Assembly: GCA_964016885.1 (NCBI GenBank)
Contig: OZ024743.1
Location: 123,938,001 to 124,002,000 of the forward strand
DNA from: Eledone cirrhosa
Taxonomy: Eukaryota
DNA length: 64,000 bases
Direction of reading: 5' to 3'
Position numbers and translations under genes: made by a program. The notes beneath the pieces were generated by a model. That model saw nothing but the letters and a program-made list of their open reading frames with translations. It did no database searches and was not told the DNA's origin. Each line of letters starts with the position of its first letter. Within the stretch, counting starts at the first letter, position 1. Below, in pieces: positions 1-12,765 of this stretch.

Positions 1-103
1 CTAACACAAACACACAGACATACATTCACACAAACACACACATATAGCGTTTCACCACCTCCTTCCTTCCTTTCTTTTACACACACATACATTCGCGCAG
101 GCA

Positions 104-390
104 GCAGACGTAAAAAGAGAGGAGTAGTATGAGGTAGTCAAGCTACTCTTTTCTCTTTATGTGTTGTACGCAGGCCGCAGGCGTAAAGAGAAAGGAGTAG
201 TATGACGTGGTCAATCTACTCCTCTCTCTTTACGTGTTGTACCCAGGACACAGACGTAAAGAGAGAGGAGTAGTATGAGGTAGTCCAACTACTCCTTTCT
301 CTTTGTGTTGCACGCAAACCGCAGACATAAAGAGAGAGGAGTAGTATGAGGTAGTCAAACTACTCCTCTCTCTATAAGTGTTGTGACAGA
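104..390. repeat. Tandem array of four ~73-bp units, each an ~20-bp-stem hairpin
   Basis: GGAGTAGTATGA recurs at 121, 194, 267 and 338. Each unit reads ACGTAAAGAGAGAGGAGTAG-loop-CTACTCCTCTCTCTTTACGT. Confidence 0.9.
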
Positions 391-510
391 ATCGTAGAAA
401 TTTATATATAGATGTAAACAAACATCGTGCGCGAAGCTAGAACTTTCGAACTTAGAGACAGAAAAAGATGTTGCTACGAGGAATCAAACTTCATATCTTA
501 CCGCCTAAAT

Positions 511-818
511 CAGTCATGGGCAACCTGTGAACCGCGGAGCGCATGCGGCCCGCGAAGCTTTCTGAATGGCTCGCCTAAGTCATCTAAGTGAAATCTTTCT
601 AATCTTTTTACCCCAACTTTTCAGTCGTAATTTATCTTTCTATCATTTTTACGATCGAGGAAAACAACGTGTACGAATTCTGAAGAAACAAATCAAAACA
701 ACTTGAGTTATCACCCTTTTTTTAACGCGGGAACGAATGTAAATTAGCGCTTGCGGCCCGCCTGAGGATGAGCCATATCTCATGCAGCTCGCTTCTCGAA
801 AAAGGTTGCCCATGCCCA
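511..818. mobile_element. Non-autonomous hAT (Charlie/Buster-like) MITE
   Basis: TIRs CAGTCATGGGCAACCT / AGGTTGCCCATGCCCA; 8-bp TSD gcctaaat (503-510) / gtctaaat (819-826) with central TA; subterminal GCGGCCCG motifs. Confidence 0.85.
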
Positions 819-1433
819 GTCTAAATTATAGATGGAGCTGAATCAAACAGTTTTAGAAAATGAAAACAAACATCGTGTCAAATACTGTAGTGGTTGTAGT
901 ACACTGTTATAACTAAACTGCTGTTCTGATTAACCTAAATAAACTGAAGTAAATTTAACTATTTCCATTTGCTGTTTAGTTTCGCTTCACTGAATTTTCT
1001 TAGTACCAAATTCTCTTCAGTCAAACTGAAACTGGAAACATTCAGTGACTTGTCCAATGACACGTGTCACAACTAATTACAGAATACGATGTCAAAGCAA
1101 GAGACCGATACTATATGCATTCAGATATTGTGTCTACTCAATCAGAATACCATTCCAACAGTGTTCGGTTGCTATAAGTCGAGCATCGTACAGGAAATCT
1201 ACTCGATCAAAATCAGAAGCAAATTTACATTAGATAACAATCATTTTATTCAAATTCGCACATCAATATATCAATGCTATTGAAAGAGTTCATCATCTTT
1301 CTAAATATACAATTGTAATTTGATTTGTTCTCCAAATGGAGAAATTTATATAAAATAATGTAATGATAAATTCAATACATTGTCTTCAAATTGCGAGGAT
1401 AATCTCAGTCAATAAAAGTTTTTCAACTGATTA

Positions 1434-2067
1434 TCTATATATTACTAAATGTCTGTGATTGCTTGCTTGTCTGTAATGTAATACATCAAAAAGGGCGCAT
1501 AATAGGCAAATACTTTCAAAGGAAGTAGACCCTGAAATGCGAATACAAATAGAATAAAACAGGTTTCGCGTAAATCGGAGGATAGGTTCCCGGGTACCTT
1601 CATAAACAGAGAAAGAAAGAGAAGGATAGAGAGAAAAAGATAGTTCTTGTGAAAGAGTAGATTGAAAGAGAGACATAGAGAGAGGGAGAAGAGACAGAGA
1701 AGGAGAATGGAAGAGAGCTGGTGGTGTTGTTGTGTATATGTATATATATATATGTGTGTGTGGGTGCGTGTATATATATGTGTGTGTGGCGTATATGTGT
1801 GTGTGTGTGTCTATGACCAGTGCATATAGATCACAGACACCCACATATATACATATGCACATTCATATACATATATATATATATGTATATACACACACAT
1901 TTATATATATACATACACACAGTTTATATATGGGCCTTCCAGTTTCATTTCACATTATATACATGTCTGTGTATATTTTAATTATTTAAAAATTATTTTT
2001 AAGTGAACATGATTTTTTTTCAAATATTTTGAAGTGAACGTGACCCAACAGGTCACGGGTGGTCTAG
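1434..2067 (+). mobile_element. Non-autonomous Helitron
   Basis: Starts A|TCTATATATTACT; ends with hairpin CGTGACC-caaca-GGTCACG followed by CTAG|T. Confidence 0.7.
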
Positions 2068-2436
2068 TACTATATATATGTGTGATACTGTGATATATAA
2101 GACTGTGTATATGTGTGAGTATATATATGTATATATATATATATATATATAATAACTAGAAATTGATTAACATATATATAAACATGAATAATCACAGGAG
2201 ATAATTTTTACAAGTGTGCAACCACACATAGCTAGGTAGGTAACTAAATAAAGTTGACTAGAACTTCAAAAATAGATATCTTATAATATGATTAATCTTC
2301 CCTAGTTATTATAAAATCCTCGGACCTACTCGATAGAATCTTTGAGCTTATTTTTCCGGGTGATATGGCGCATGCCGTTCTGGCATGACACCCATAATTT
2401 TGATTTAGATTAAATTCATTTAATTGATCTTAATTT

Positions 2437-2481
<45 letters not shown>

Positions 2482-2690
2482 GTTTCTAAAACTGTGGTAG
2501 GGAGATATTTATATGAAGGAGACTCTCTTATTTTTGTCTGTCTGACTTATAGTCCCCTAAATAAAGTTGTTCTTTTTGCATAAGTTTAATATGTAAAATT
2601 GCTTCTCTCAGTGATATTTGATATTTTATCTGTATATTTTATTCATACATTGAGATGTCTAAGTATTAGAGACAAATAATATTTTAATTA

Positions 2691-2773
<83 letters not shown>

Positions 2774-2776
<3 letters not shown>

Positions 2777-3007
2777 AGGCACGTGGCCTAGTAGTAAGGG
2801 TGTTGGACTTACGATTCCTGGGTTGTGTGTTGTGTTCTTGAGCAAAACAGTTCATTTCACGTTGCTCCAGTATACTCAGCTGAAAATGAGTACTCTCCGT
2901 TGGACTGGCGTCCTGTCCAGGGGGCTGTCTTGTACTCTCAGTCACTTCACGCCATGAAACCGGGATAAGCACGGGTCTAACGAGCCTTCTGGCTTAAGAC
3001 AAACTTT

Positions 3008-3012
<5 letters not shown>
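2774..3012 (+). mobile_element. tRNA-derived SINE (family S2)
   Basis: A-box-like TGGCCTAGTAGTAAGG head and GTGTTCTTGAGCAAAACA core; homologous copy on the minus strand at 20336-20617. Confidence 0.85.
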
Positions 3013-3096
<84 letters not shown>

Positions 3097-3106
3097 ATAT
3101 ATTAAT

Positions 3107-3770
3107 ACAACCGAGATACTTGAATTTCTCCACCTGCCTCAGTGGAACTCTACTCACATGTAAAGTGCACTGCGCAGGCTTCCTTGAGAGGACGGGTGTC
3201 TCAGTCTTCGCAACGCCGATTATCAGTCCTGTCGTGCAGCACTCAGCAAGAAGCCTATCATGTGCATGTCGGAGACCACCTTCTGACGAATTGAGTAGTA
3301 CCATGTCGTTTGCAAATTCTAGGCAATTGATCCTACACCTAGGCCGGCTACGCATGTCATACATGAAGATTAGGAACAGGAAGGGTGAGAGTACGCTCCC
3401 CTTTTCAGAGTGTGACACCCTCATTGAATGGTTTCGATTTAGCACCATTTATCCAAACTAGGGTATTCGTACAGAGACATCAGGGCAATAAGACGCTGTG
3501 CATCGATCCTATACTCCTGCAGAACCTTCCTCAACATGTCCCGTGGAACGCGACCATATGCCTTTTCGTGGCTTACGAAACAGGCATACACATCTTAGCA
3601 ATATTCTCACGATTTCTCAAAGACCTGTAGCAATATGATTATTTGGACGGCTGTGCGAAAACCGCACTGATCATCATCTAGCTTGAACTTAACAATCTCC
3701 CTGCCTCCTTTTGCCAGACACTTAGCATAGATTTTACCGGGGAGGATTTACAAACAATCTCTCGTGTCTC
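3107..3770 (-). mobile_element. Decayed RTE-clade LINE reverse transcriptase fragment
   Basis: Translated remnants GSVLSPFLFLIFM, LEFANDMVL and QVEKFKYLG, with a KAYxRVP-like motif upstream. Confidence 0.8.
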
Positions 3771-3777
3771 CCTTTGG

Positions 3778-4128
3778 CAGGTCTTTGAAAAATCGTGAGA
3801 ATATTGTCAAGAGATCCCGTGGATCACATGCCTAGAAAAGGTATATGATCGCGTTCCACAGGACCTGTTGTGGAAGATTCTGCAGGAGTATGAGGTTGAT
3901 GGACAGCTTTTTGTTGCCTTAATGTCTCTATACGAATGCAGCTGATATGTCTGATGCTGAGAGCTGCATGCCTGGAATGAAAATCATTGCTGCGATAACT
4001 GAGACACATGTCCTCTCAAGGAGGCCTGCGCAGTTCACTCTACATGTAAGTGGAGTTCCACTGAAGCAAGTAGAGAAGTTCAAGTATCACGGGGTCGTGT
4101 TCACGAGTGATGGAAGGCAAGAGGTTTC
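3778..4128 (+). mobile_element. Second RTE-clade RT fragment, inverted relative to 3107-3630
   Basis: LEKVYDRVPQDLLWKILQEY and QVEKFKYHGVVFTSDG motifs; a diverged reverse complement of the preceding fragment. Confidence 0.75.
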
Positions 4129-4725
4129 ATTTGCATGTGGAGCTGTACAAGCCGGCTCAGCCTGAAAGTAGAATTTAAGTTTTCGCTCCGGCATAGCTGC
4201 ATTCATATGTGAATTTCGTATATCTAATGCCCTCCGGTACTTCTGCAGAAATCCGCTAGACGGCGCTAACCGTCATCTTTTCATTATTCCTAGCTAGAAG
4301 TCTTTCCAAATGTTTATTCGTATACATACCGTATATTATTAGATATGCGAAATTCCCATACATATATGCAAACAGCTATGTCAGAGAGAAAACTTTAATT
4401 CTACTTTCAAACTGAGCCGGCTTGTACAGTTCCATATGCAAATATATACATAGGCCAAAAATATACATATAGTTTCGCTTGTTTCAAATTCCAACAGAGA
4501 GCAGTTGATGCACTGTCCTGATGAGGGCCAGATCCATAAATGCATTGGCAGTTGTCCCCCACTAGTTCTGTTGTAATCCTCTAGATGGTGCTAGCTGTCA
4601 GCTTTTCAATATTCATAGCGAGAAGGCTTCCCAAATGATCATTCGTAAAAATACCGTATATCATTTGATATACGAAATTCACATACTTATATGTATGCAT
4701 CTAAGTCGGAGCGAAAACTTTAATA
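4129..4725 (+). mobile_element. Retrozyme-like element, subfamily C: ~1.5 tandem 324-bp units plus an inverted 5' segment
   Basis: Direct repeat at 4257 and 4581; 4129-4230 is the reverse complement of ~4338-4443; contains an HHR motif and ATGCAAAT at 4436. Confidence 0.65.
4512..4552 (+). ncRNA. Type I hammerhead ribozyme, degenerate (GAAA changed to TAAA)
   Basis: actgtc CTGATGA gggccagatcca TAAA tgc ATT ggcagt; stem I actgtc/ggcagt; palindromic stem III aatgcatt. Confidence 0.65.
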
Positions 4726-4733
4726 TATATATA

Positions 4734-6454
4734 TTCATGCCAAGGAAACCTAAAATTAATATGAAGGACCACAAAAGGAACTTTGAAACTAAATTACCAG
4801 TCAGATTAATTGCACCATCTAAATCGGACCTTGGCATACTTAGCAAGAATATTTTAGACAGAATAATACCACAAATTAAGGAATTATCTTATTTAAAATT
4901 ATGAAAGGAACTCGTGAAGTTATCGAATGGTTTAAGGAAATTAAATATAACTATAATAATAAGTTTATTCAATTGGATATTGCTAATTATTACTCATCCA
5001 TCACTCCTAATCTACTTACTAAAGCACTAACATATGCATTTAAATATACAGACTTAACTAGTAATGAAATGCACATTATCTTAACGGCACGGAAAACATT
5101 AATTGAATTTAACAACCAACTCTGGACTAGAGCAGATAGAAATAATAATTTCGATATCACTATGGGATCATCCGATTCCGCTCAGGTAACGGATCTTGTG
5201 GGCCTTTTTATAAATAATTCTCTACATAGAAAAATACCTGAAATGACCGGAGGTTTATATCGTGACGACATGCTATTACTTATCGAAAATAATAACTGTG
5301 AATTAAATAGGAAAAGAAAAGAAATTATACAATTTTTTAATTACCTTAATCTAAAAGTAGAAATAGAGAATAACCATAAAATAGTTAATTTTCTAGATGT
5401 AACCTTAAACCTTAACACATGTCTTCATTATCCATTTCACAAACTAAACGAGAACTTAAACTACGTTAATTTTAACTCTAATCACCCCAGATCCGTTAAA
5501 AATACTATAGTGAATTCTGTACAGCAACGCATTTCTATAATTTCAGCTAATGGGAATATATTTGATGATAAAGCACATTATTACAACGAAGCGTTAGGTT
5601 GAGCTGGATATAGAAATAAAATTAAATATATTGATAATAATAATATAACAACTAACCATAATCTTAACAATTTTAACAACTATAATAGAAAACCTTACAA
5701 TAATTCGGAAAACAAAAAAAGAAATAGAACTAGGAATATATTATGGTTCGCACCTCCTTTCTCATTAAATATTAAAACTCCTATAGCTAAACTATTCTTT
5801 AAAGCTCTTGATAAATGCTTCCCTAGAACACATAGATATTACTCAATATTTAATAGACATACTATAAAATTAACTTATTCATCCACCAAAAATTTAGCGC
5901 AGAATATTAATAGAATTAATAATAGAAATTTAAAACCTAACCAAAATACCACTAATAACCCCAGCAATATCCAATTTAGTAATACAGCTCAATTTAATAA
6001 TTCACCACCTAGTGACTTAAATTTTGATAAATCTAACTGTAGAAATAAATCTAACTGTCCATTAAATAACAATTGCTTAGCTAAAAATATAGTATATAAT
6101 TGTAATGTAAAAACTAATTTAAATTCATTTAATTATGTAGGATCTACTTCCACAGATTTTAAATCTCGTTTTAATAACCATAAATGCTCTTTTACGCATT
6201 TAAACAAAAAATCTTCAACTTCTCTATCTAGCTTATTATGGGACCTTAAATTAAAGAACGTTAAATATTCGTTACTTTGGAATATTATTTCAAAAGCTAC
6301 TCCATTTAACTCCTCTTCCGAAAATTGCGATCTTTGTATAGAGGAAATATTCTTTATATTAAAAAGCAAAAATTTCCTGAACGTAAGAAGCAATCTTTTC
6401 AGTTGCTGCAAACATAGATTGAATTCAACGTTTAAATATAAATTTAAAATGTAA
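4734..6454 (+). pseudogene. Naiad-type PLE ORF (5'-truncated RT plus C-terminal GIY-YIG endonuclease), with one frameshift (~4902) and one in-frame TGA (5600-5602)
   Basis: Motifs KDHKRNF, RLIAPSKSDLG, DITMGS, GGLYRDD and NFLDVTLNL. Past the TGA the same frame gives WFAPPFS, NCRNKSNCPLNNNCL, IVY..YVGST, CDLC and CCKH up to TAA at 6454. Confidence 0.93.
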
Positions 6455-8002
6455 TATATAACTCATTCTATTAAATATATTGAACCTATCGATAAATCAT
6501 TAGATTCTTTCATTTGACTGCTTAAAACTCTCATTATAAAAAAAAATTTTTCATAGAAAATTTTTCTAGATAAATTCTGAAAGCTCTTAAAAGGGGAAAA
6601 TATTTTCTTTGAAAGTTTCTCCTATTTTTGAACGTTTCTCTTTTGAAAGTTTCTCTTTCTTTTTCTTTGAAAATTTCTCATATGGTTATAAAAATTAAGT
6701 TAAACATACTGAGAGTTAAATATTATATATAAAAAAAAATTTTATAGATTTTAAAAAATTTTATATATTTTAAAAAAATTTTATATTATTTTATTTTATT
6801 TTATTTTATTTTATTTTATTTGGATTCTTCTTTAGATAATTAACCCCCGCCCCCACACACACACTCACTTGTCATTCGCCCCTTCAATTATACTATAATT
6901 ATATTCAATTCCCTTTTATGCTCCTTTCTATTGTATAATACAGTATATTGATTATGATTTTATGCTCATTCGTATCCTCCATACATTTCTTTTTTCTATC
7001 CCCATTGGCCTACCATAATTCTATTTAAAGTCCGTTTATTAGATAACGTTATTCAACTGATAGTAGAATATTTCATTCTTTTCTGAATATTTTTATTGAG
7101 ATATCTTGAACTTTGGAGATTTTGATTACTTAAACCATAGCTAATTTTGTATTGACTTATTATGTATTTTAAATACTTTCAATATTAATTAATTTAATAG
7201 GGTTTTCTAGTCATTTATCCGGGTTTGTTTCCTAAATTTTTTACTTAACCGCATGTGACACCTAAGTAAATACTTTTGTTTTGCGATTTCCGGTTGATTT
7301 TATTTATATATTTATACTACCGTGCGTAGTTTTCTGTCTGGTTCTTATTCACTTATTCACAAATGTCTGTCCACCAACCTCGTAATTATATATATTATAC
7401 TATGTTCATTATTTGATATTGAAGTTGTTATATCATTCCACTCTTTGTAAACGTACTATTGATCTTAATTATTTACCGATTATTAAATGTACCATTATGT
7501 TAAATTTTGTAAATTCTGTAATATGTTTATATTTTTATAATTTTTGTAATGTTTGGATAATATTTATTTATACCAATTGTATAAAAACTTGACCTCCATC
7601 TGTTTTCTTGCAATGGTATTGATATTTTTCCAGCACAATTTTTCCAACATAATTTAGTTCTGTATGATATTTTTTCTCACCCTGTCTGTAACTCTATATG
7701 ATTTGTTAAGCTATATGCCAATATATTGTAATATTGTTATTATAGTGTTATTGTAACATTTATATTGTTTGTGCAAATTAACCGGAGATTATCAATTATA
7801 TAATTATATAGTATATTATATATTATATGTTTACTTTTACTCATTTCTTCTTCATTTTATACTGTAAATAATATATGTATTATATTTTTATTTTTATTTT
7901 TATTTTTATTTTTATTATTATTTTTATTTAAACTCTTAATAAGTGTTAGTTTGTGCTTGTATTGATGGAAATGTGTATTGATATATATGTATATGTGTGT
8001 AC

Positions 8003-8090
<88 letters not shown>

Positions 8091-8399
8091 TGGGCCTTTT
8101 AATATTATTATTATTATCATTATCATTATCAATTATATTATATTATATTATATTATATTATATTATATTATATTATATATAGTATAATAATTCCCGCTCT
8201 ATATCACCACCTTTGTTTAGCTTTAGATTTTGCATTGTACTATATTAGTAATATGGTTCAAAATGTTATTCACTTCCTTAGCAATTTTTACTTGATAATT
8301 TTTACTCGATAATTTTCCTATGCTTTAATGTATGTACACTCCATATTCTTCTGAGTTTTGGGCTTGTATTGGCCGATAGTGCTTCTTATAGCTTTAATT

Positions 8400-8437
8400 G
8401 CCCTGATGAGTCCTTAATAGGACGAAACATTGTTGGC
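8400..8437 (+). ncRNA. Minimal type I hammerhead ribozyme (PLE pLTR)
   Basis: gcc CTGATGA gtcc-ttaata-ggac GAAAC att GTT ggc, followed by AATAAA. Confidence 0.88.
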
Positions 8438-9004
8438 TAATAAAGACTTTTGATGTATTGAAGGCTTCTTTGGTTTATTTTCATAATATATATATATATA
8501 TATGTGTGTGTGCTTATGTGAGTGTGTATATATTGTGCGTGTATATGTATGTTTATGGTTATATGTTTGTATATGTGTGTGTGTATGTATATGTATGTAT
8601 ATATATATGTGTGTGCGTGCGTATGTACTTGTATATATGCGTATGTGTGTATGTGTGTATGTATATTTTTATATATGGGTGTATATATATGTGTGTGTGT
8701 ATGTGGTTGTATGTTTTTTCTCATGCGTATGAGTTTGTTTATTTTATACCTTTATTTGTTTCCATGCATGTTTTTACGGTTTTAGTTGTGTGCATGCGGG
8801 GATTATAGGCCTTTATTTTCTGTCTGTATAGTATTTTGTATGTGTATGTAATTGTGTGTATGTGTGTGAATATATATATATATATTTATTGATATATGTA
8901 TATACACCTACATTTGTGTATATGTCCCTATACGTGTGGTTGAGTGTATGTGTGTGCGTATATGTGTGTATCTATGTGACCATGTATATGTGTGTATATG
9001 TGTT

Positions 9005-9090
<86 letters not shown>

Positions 9091-9421
9091 TGTGTATATA
9101 TATGTGTGTATATATATGTGTATATATATTTGTATGTATGTACTTATTTGTGTATATGTTTGTGCTGTACATATGTGTGTGTATATATGTATGTATATGT
9201 ATGTGTATATATATGTTCAATTGCTTACCACGTGTGTTTATTTATTTTTATTTGTTTTTTCCTCTCTCGTATCGTTGTCAAAGTGCTATTTTTTCATGTT
9301 TTATTTTTATATTTGACTTTAATTATTTTTCGCTTTTATTTATTTATTTATTATTAAGACTTCATGTATATGTATTTGTCTATGCTTGTTGATGTAACAG
9401 CTTATTATTTTTTTTATGTGC

Positions 9422-9459
<38 letters not shown>

Positions 9460-9631
9460 TTGTTTATGTGTGTGTATATGTATATTTATGTCTATATATG
9501 TATAATTGTGTGTGTATGTGTGTTTATATATATATTATCTATAACCTTTTTTTCTTCTTCCCTCAGCCTCACTTTCATATTTCTTATATTTTGTTTTCAA
9601 ATCCACTTTCAATAAAAACACCAGGATTTTG

Positions 9632-9697
9632 TTCATTCTGATGATTTTTGTTCATTCAGCAGATTTGTTTGCTTTCAAGAAACCACTGTCAAATGAA
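9632..9697 (+). ncRNA. Hammerhead ribozyme-like motif
   Basis: ttcatt CTGATGA ... GAAAC cact GTC aaatgaa; stem I needs one bulge and stem II is imperfect. Confidence 0.55.
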
Positions 9698-9747
9698 ATA
9701 ATTATCTTATGTTGTTTATTACATAACTATATATGTATATATATACA

Positions 9748-10491
9748 ATGTATTAATAAATAGAAACTATATTTATAAAACCATATTTATTTCATTATAC
9801 ATATTTCAAGGACACCAAAGCAAATTATGGTGCGCTTTCATCAGATAAAATATAATATAGATCAGTTTTATAAACAAATATTGACATACCCTTAAAAGAA
9901 TGCGACTATGCTTGTTGTAAGATCCCGGATAGTGGGGTTACTAATTTATTATTGGTCTATTATGCAAATTAGTGTCGGAAAGGTTTAAATCCCATACATT
10001 TAAATTAAGCCGTTGGAATAGGGAAAAAAAGAAAAGGAGAAAGAAAGAGCAAACCCAAAGAAGGAAAACAAAAGAAAAGAAAAGGAATAGGAATAGGAAA
10101 AAATAAAAGAAGAAAGAGAAAGAGAAAGAGAGAAAACCCTAAGTGAGAGAGTGTTGTATTAACGTAGTTTTATAAAATGATGAAGCGAAAAGATAAATAT
10201 ATATTGGATGAGTTAGCGTGTATAGATAAATAAATAAGACATGGTCGCTTTCTTTTAAGGGTATGTCAATATTTGTTTATAAAACTGATCTATATTGTAT
10301 TTTATCTGATGAAAGCGCACCATAATTTGCTTTGGTGTCCTTGAAATATGTATAATGAAATAAATATGGTTTTATAAATATAGTTTCCATTTATTAATAT
10401 ATTGTATTTTTACTCCAAAAATTTGTTGAGTGCTTTATATCAGTTATAAAAATATTTGCTTGTTGTATCCCAACAAATTAAATATAACTTC

Positions 10492-10495
<4 letters not shown>
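9748..10495. mobile_element. PLE pLTR family D, inverted pair with HHRs at 9788-9852 (-) and 10298-10362 (+)
   Basis: Arms ~9748-9910 and ~10243-10406. HHR reads tattttat CTGATGA aagcgcacc..ggtgtcctt GAAA tatgt ATA atgaaata. Ends in (TA)n. Confidence 0.8.
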
Positions 10496-11855
<1,360 letters not shown>

Positions 11856-11885
11856 AAAGAATAGAGGTGTAACACACAAGTTATT

Positions 11886-12278
11886 ATATATTGGTAAACG
11901 GAATAGAAAATGCTGACAAATTGTTCACAGTTGAAAAATGGTTTAATTAGGAATAAAATAGTATTAGTGATTGTATGGGTTAGTATTCAGTTGTGGTTTT
12001 AAGTTTTTAAGTTTTTACCGGTTGCGCATTTCTGAATGCTTTTCAAAAATAATTTTGAGGTAGAGTGTCCGTGCTGTTTGCTCAGATCAGAGCAAACAAC
12101 ACGGACACTCTGTCTCAAAATTATTTTTGAAAAGCATTTAGAAATGCGCAACCGATAAAAACTTAAAAACTTAAAACCACAACTGAATACTAACCCATAC
12201 AATCACTAATACTCTTTTATTCCTAATTAAACCATTTTTCAACTGTGAACAATTTGTCAGCATTTTCTATTCCGTTTA

Positions 12279-12287
<9 letters not shown>
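11886..12287. repeat. ~400-bp near-perfect palindrome between (TA)n tracts
   Basis: Arms are reverse complements around ~12086 with a few mismatches. Confidence 0.92.
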
Positions 12288-12359
<72 letters not shown>

Positions 12360-12362
<3 letters not shown>

Positions 12363-12746
12363 GACATCTGTTCAGTCGTCAACCAAAATAAGATTGTCGT
12401 CTGCTTTGAAATTTCTTTCTAATATGTTGTTGCCTCGTTTTGGAGAACTGAGTTGTGGGAGGAGGAAGGGGTGTAGTGGGCAGGAGGGCTTAACATACAG
12501 CAGTAGTATCTCCTCTCCCCTCTCTCTCTCTCTCACTGAAACGTCTTCTCTTTCCTCCTCCTTTGTAAATATGTCCCCAGGGGTACTATTATTGATTTTT
12601 ATTGAAATCCAATTAGCCAGTGATGCTTCGGAATATTAGCTTAAGGTATGTGTAAAGTTTCATCATGATCTGATCACTGGTGTAGGCGCCAACTGGTTAT
12701 ACACAGATATACAGACAGACAGAAATTGCAATATATATTGTAGATT
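12360..12746 (+). mobile_element. Probable Helentron-associated (DINE-1/HINE-like) element
   Basis: GTAAAGTTTCATCATGATCTG, then (ACAG)n, then ATATATTGTAGATT, resembling the terminal layout of that family. Confidence 0.45.
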
Positions 12747-12765
12747 ATATGTATATGTATATATA

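Larger units (their letters stand above)
4734..8490 (+). mobile_element. PLE (Naiad-type) including ~2 kb 3' region/pLTR, flanked by TA repeats
   Basis: The ORF above, then AT-rich sequence, an HHR at 8400, AATAAA and (TA)n. Continuity of the 3' region with the ORF is inferred. Confidence 0.7.

Noticed and set aside
130-138. TGAGGTAGT in the hairpin array resembles the 5' end of let-7
   Set aside because: The match is only 9 nt, lies in the loop rather than the stem, and the rest of let-7 is absent.
104-390. Regularly spaced palindromic repeats as a CRISPR array
   Set aside because: The inter-repeat segments are homologous rather than unique spacers, the context is eukaryotic, and there are no cas genes.
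1089-1283. Short ORF vaguely like a Tc1/mariner N-terminus
   Set aside because: No catalytic domain or TIR pair found; the similarity is too weak.
5600-5602. In-frame TGA in the Naiad ORF as a possible selenocysteine codon
   Set aside because: It is not at a Cys motif. The equivalent codon in the second PLE is CGA (YNEALARSG), so CpG decay is simpler. The same reasoning applies to the TGA in LN*RNE near 40875.
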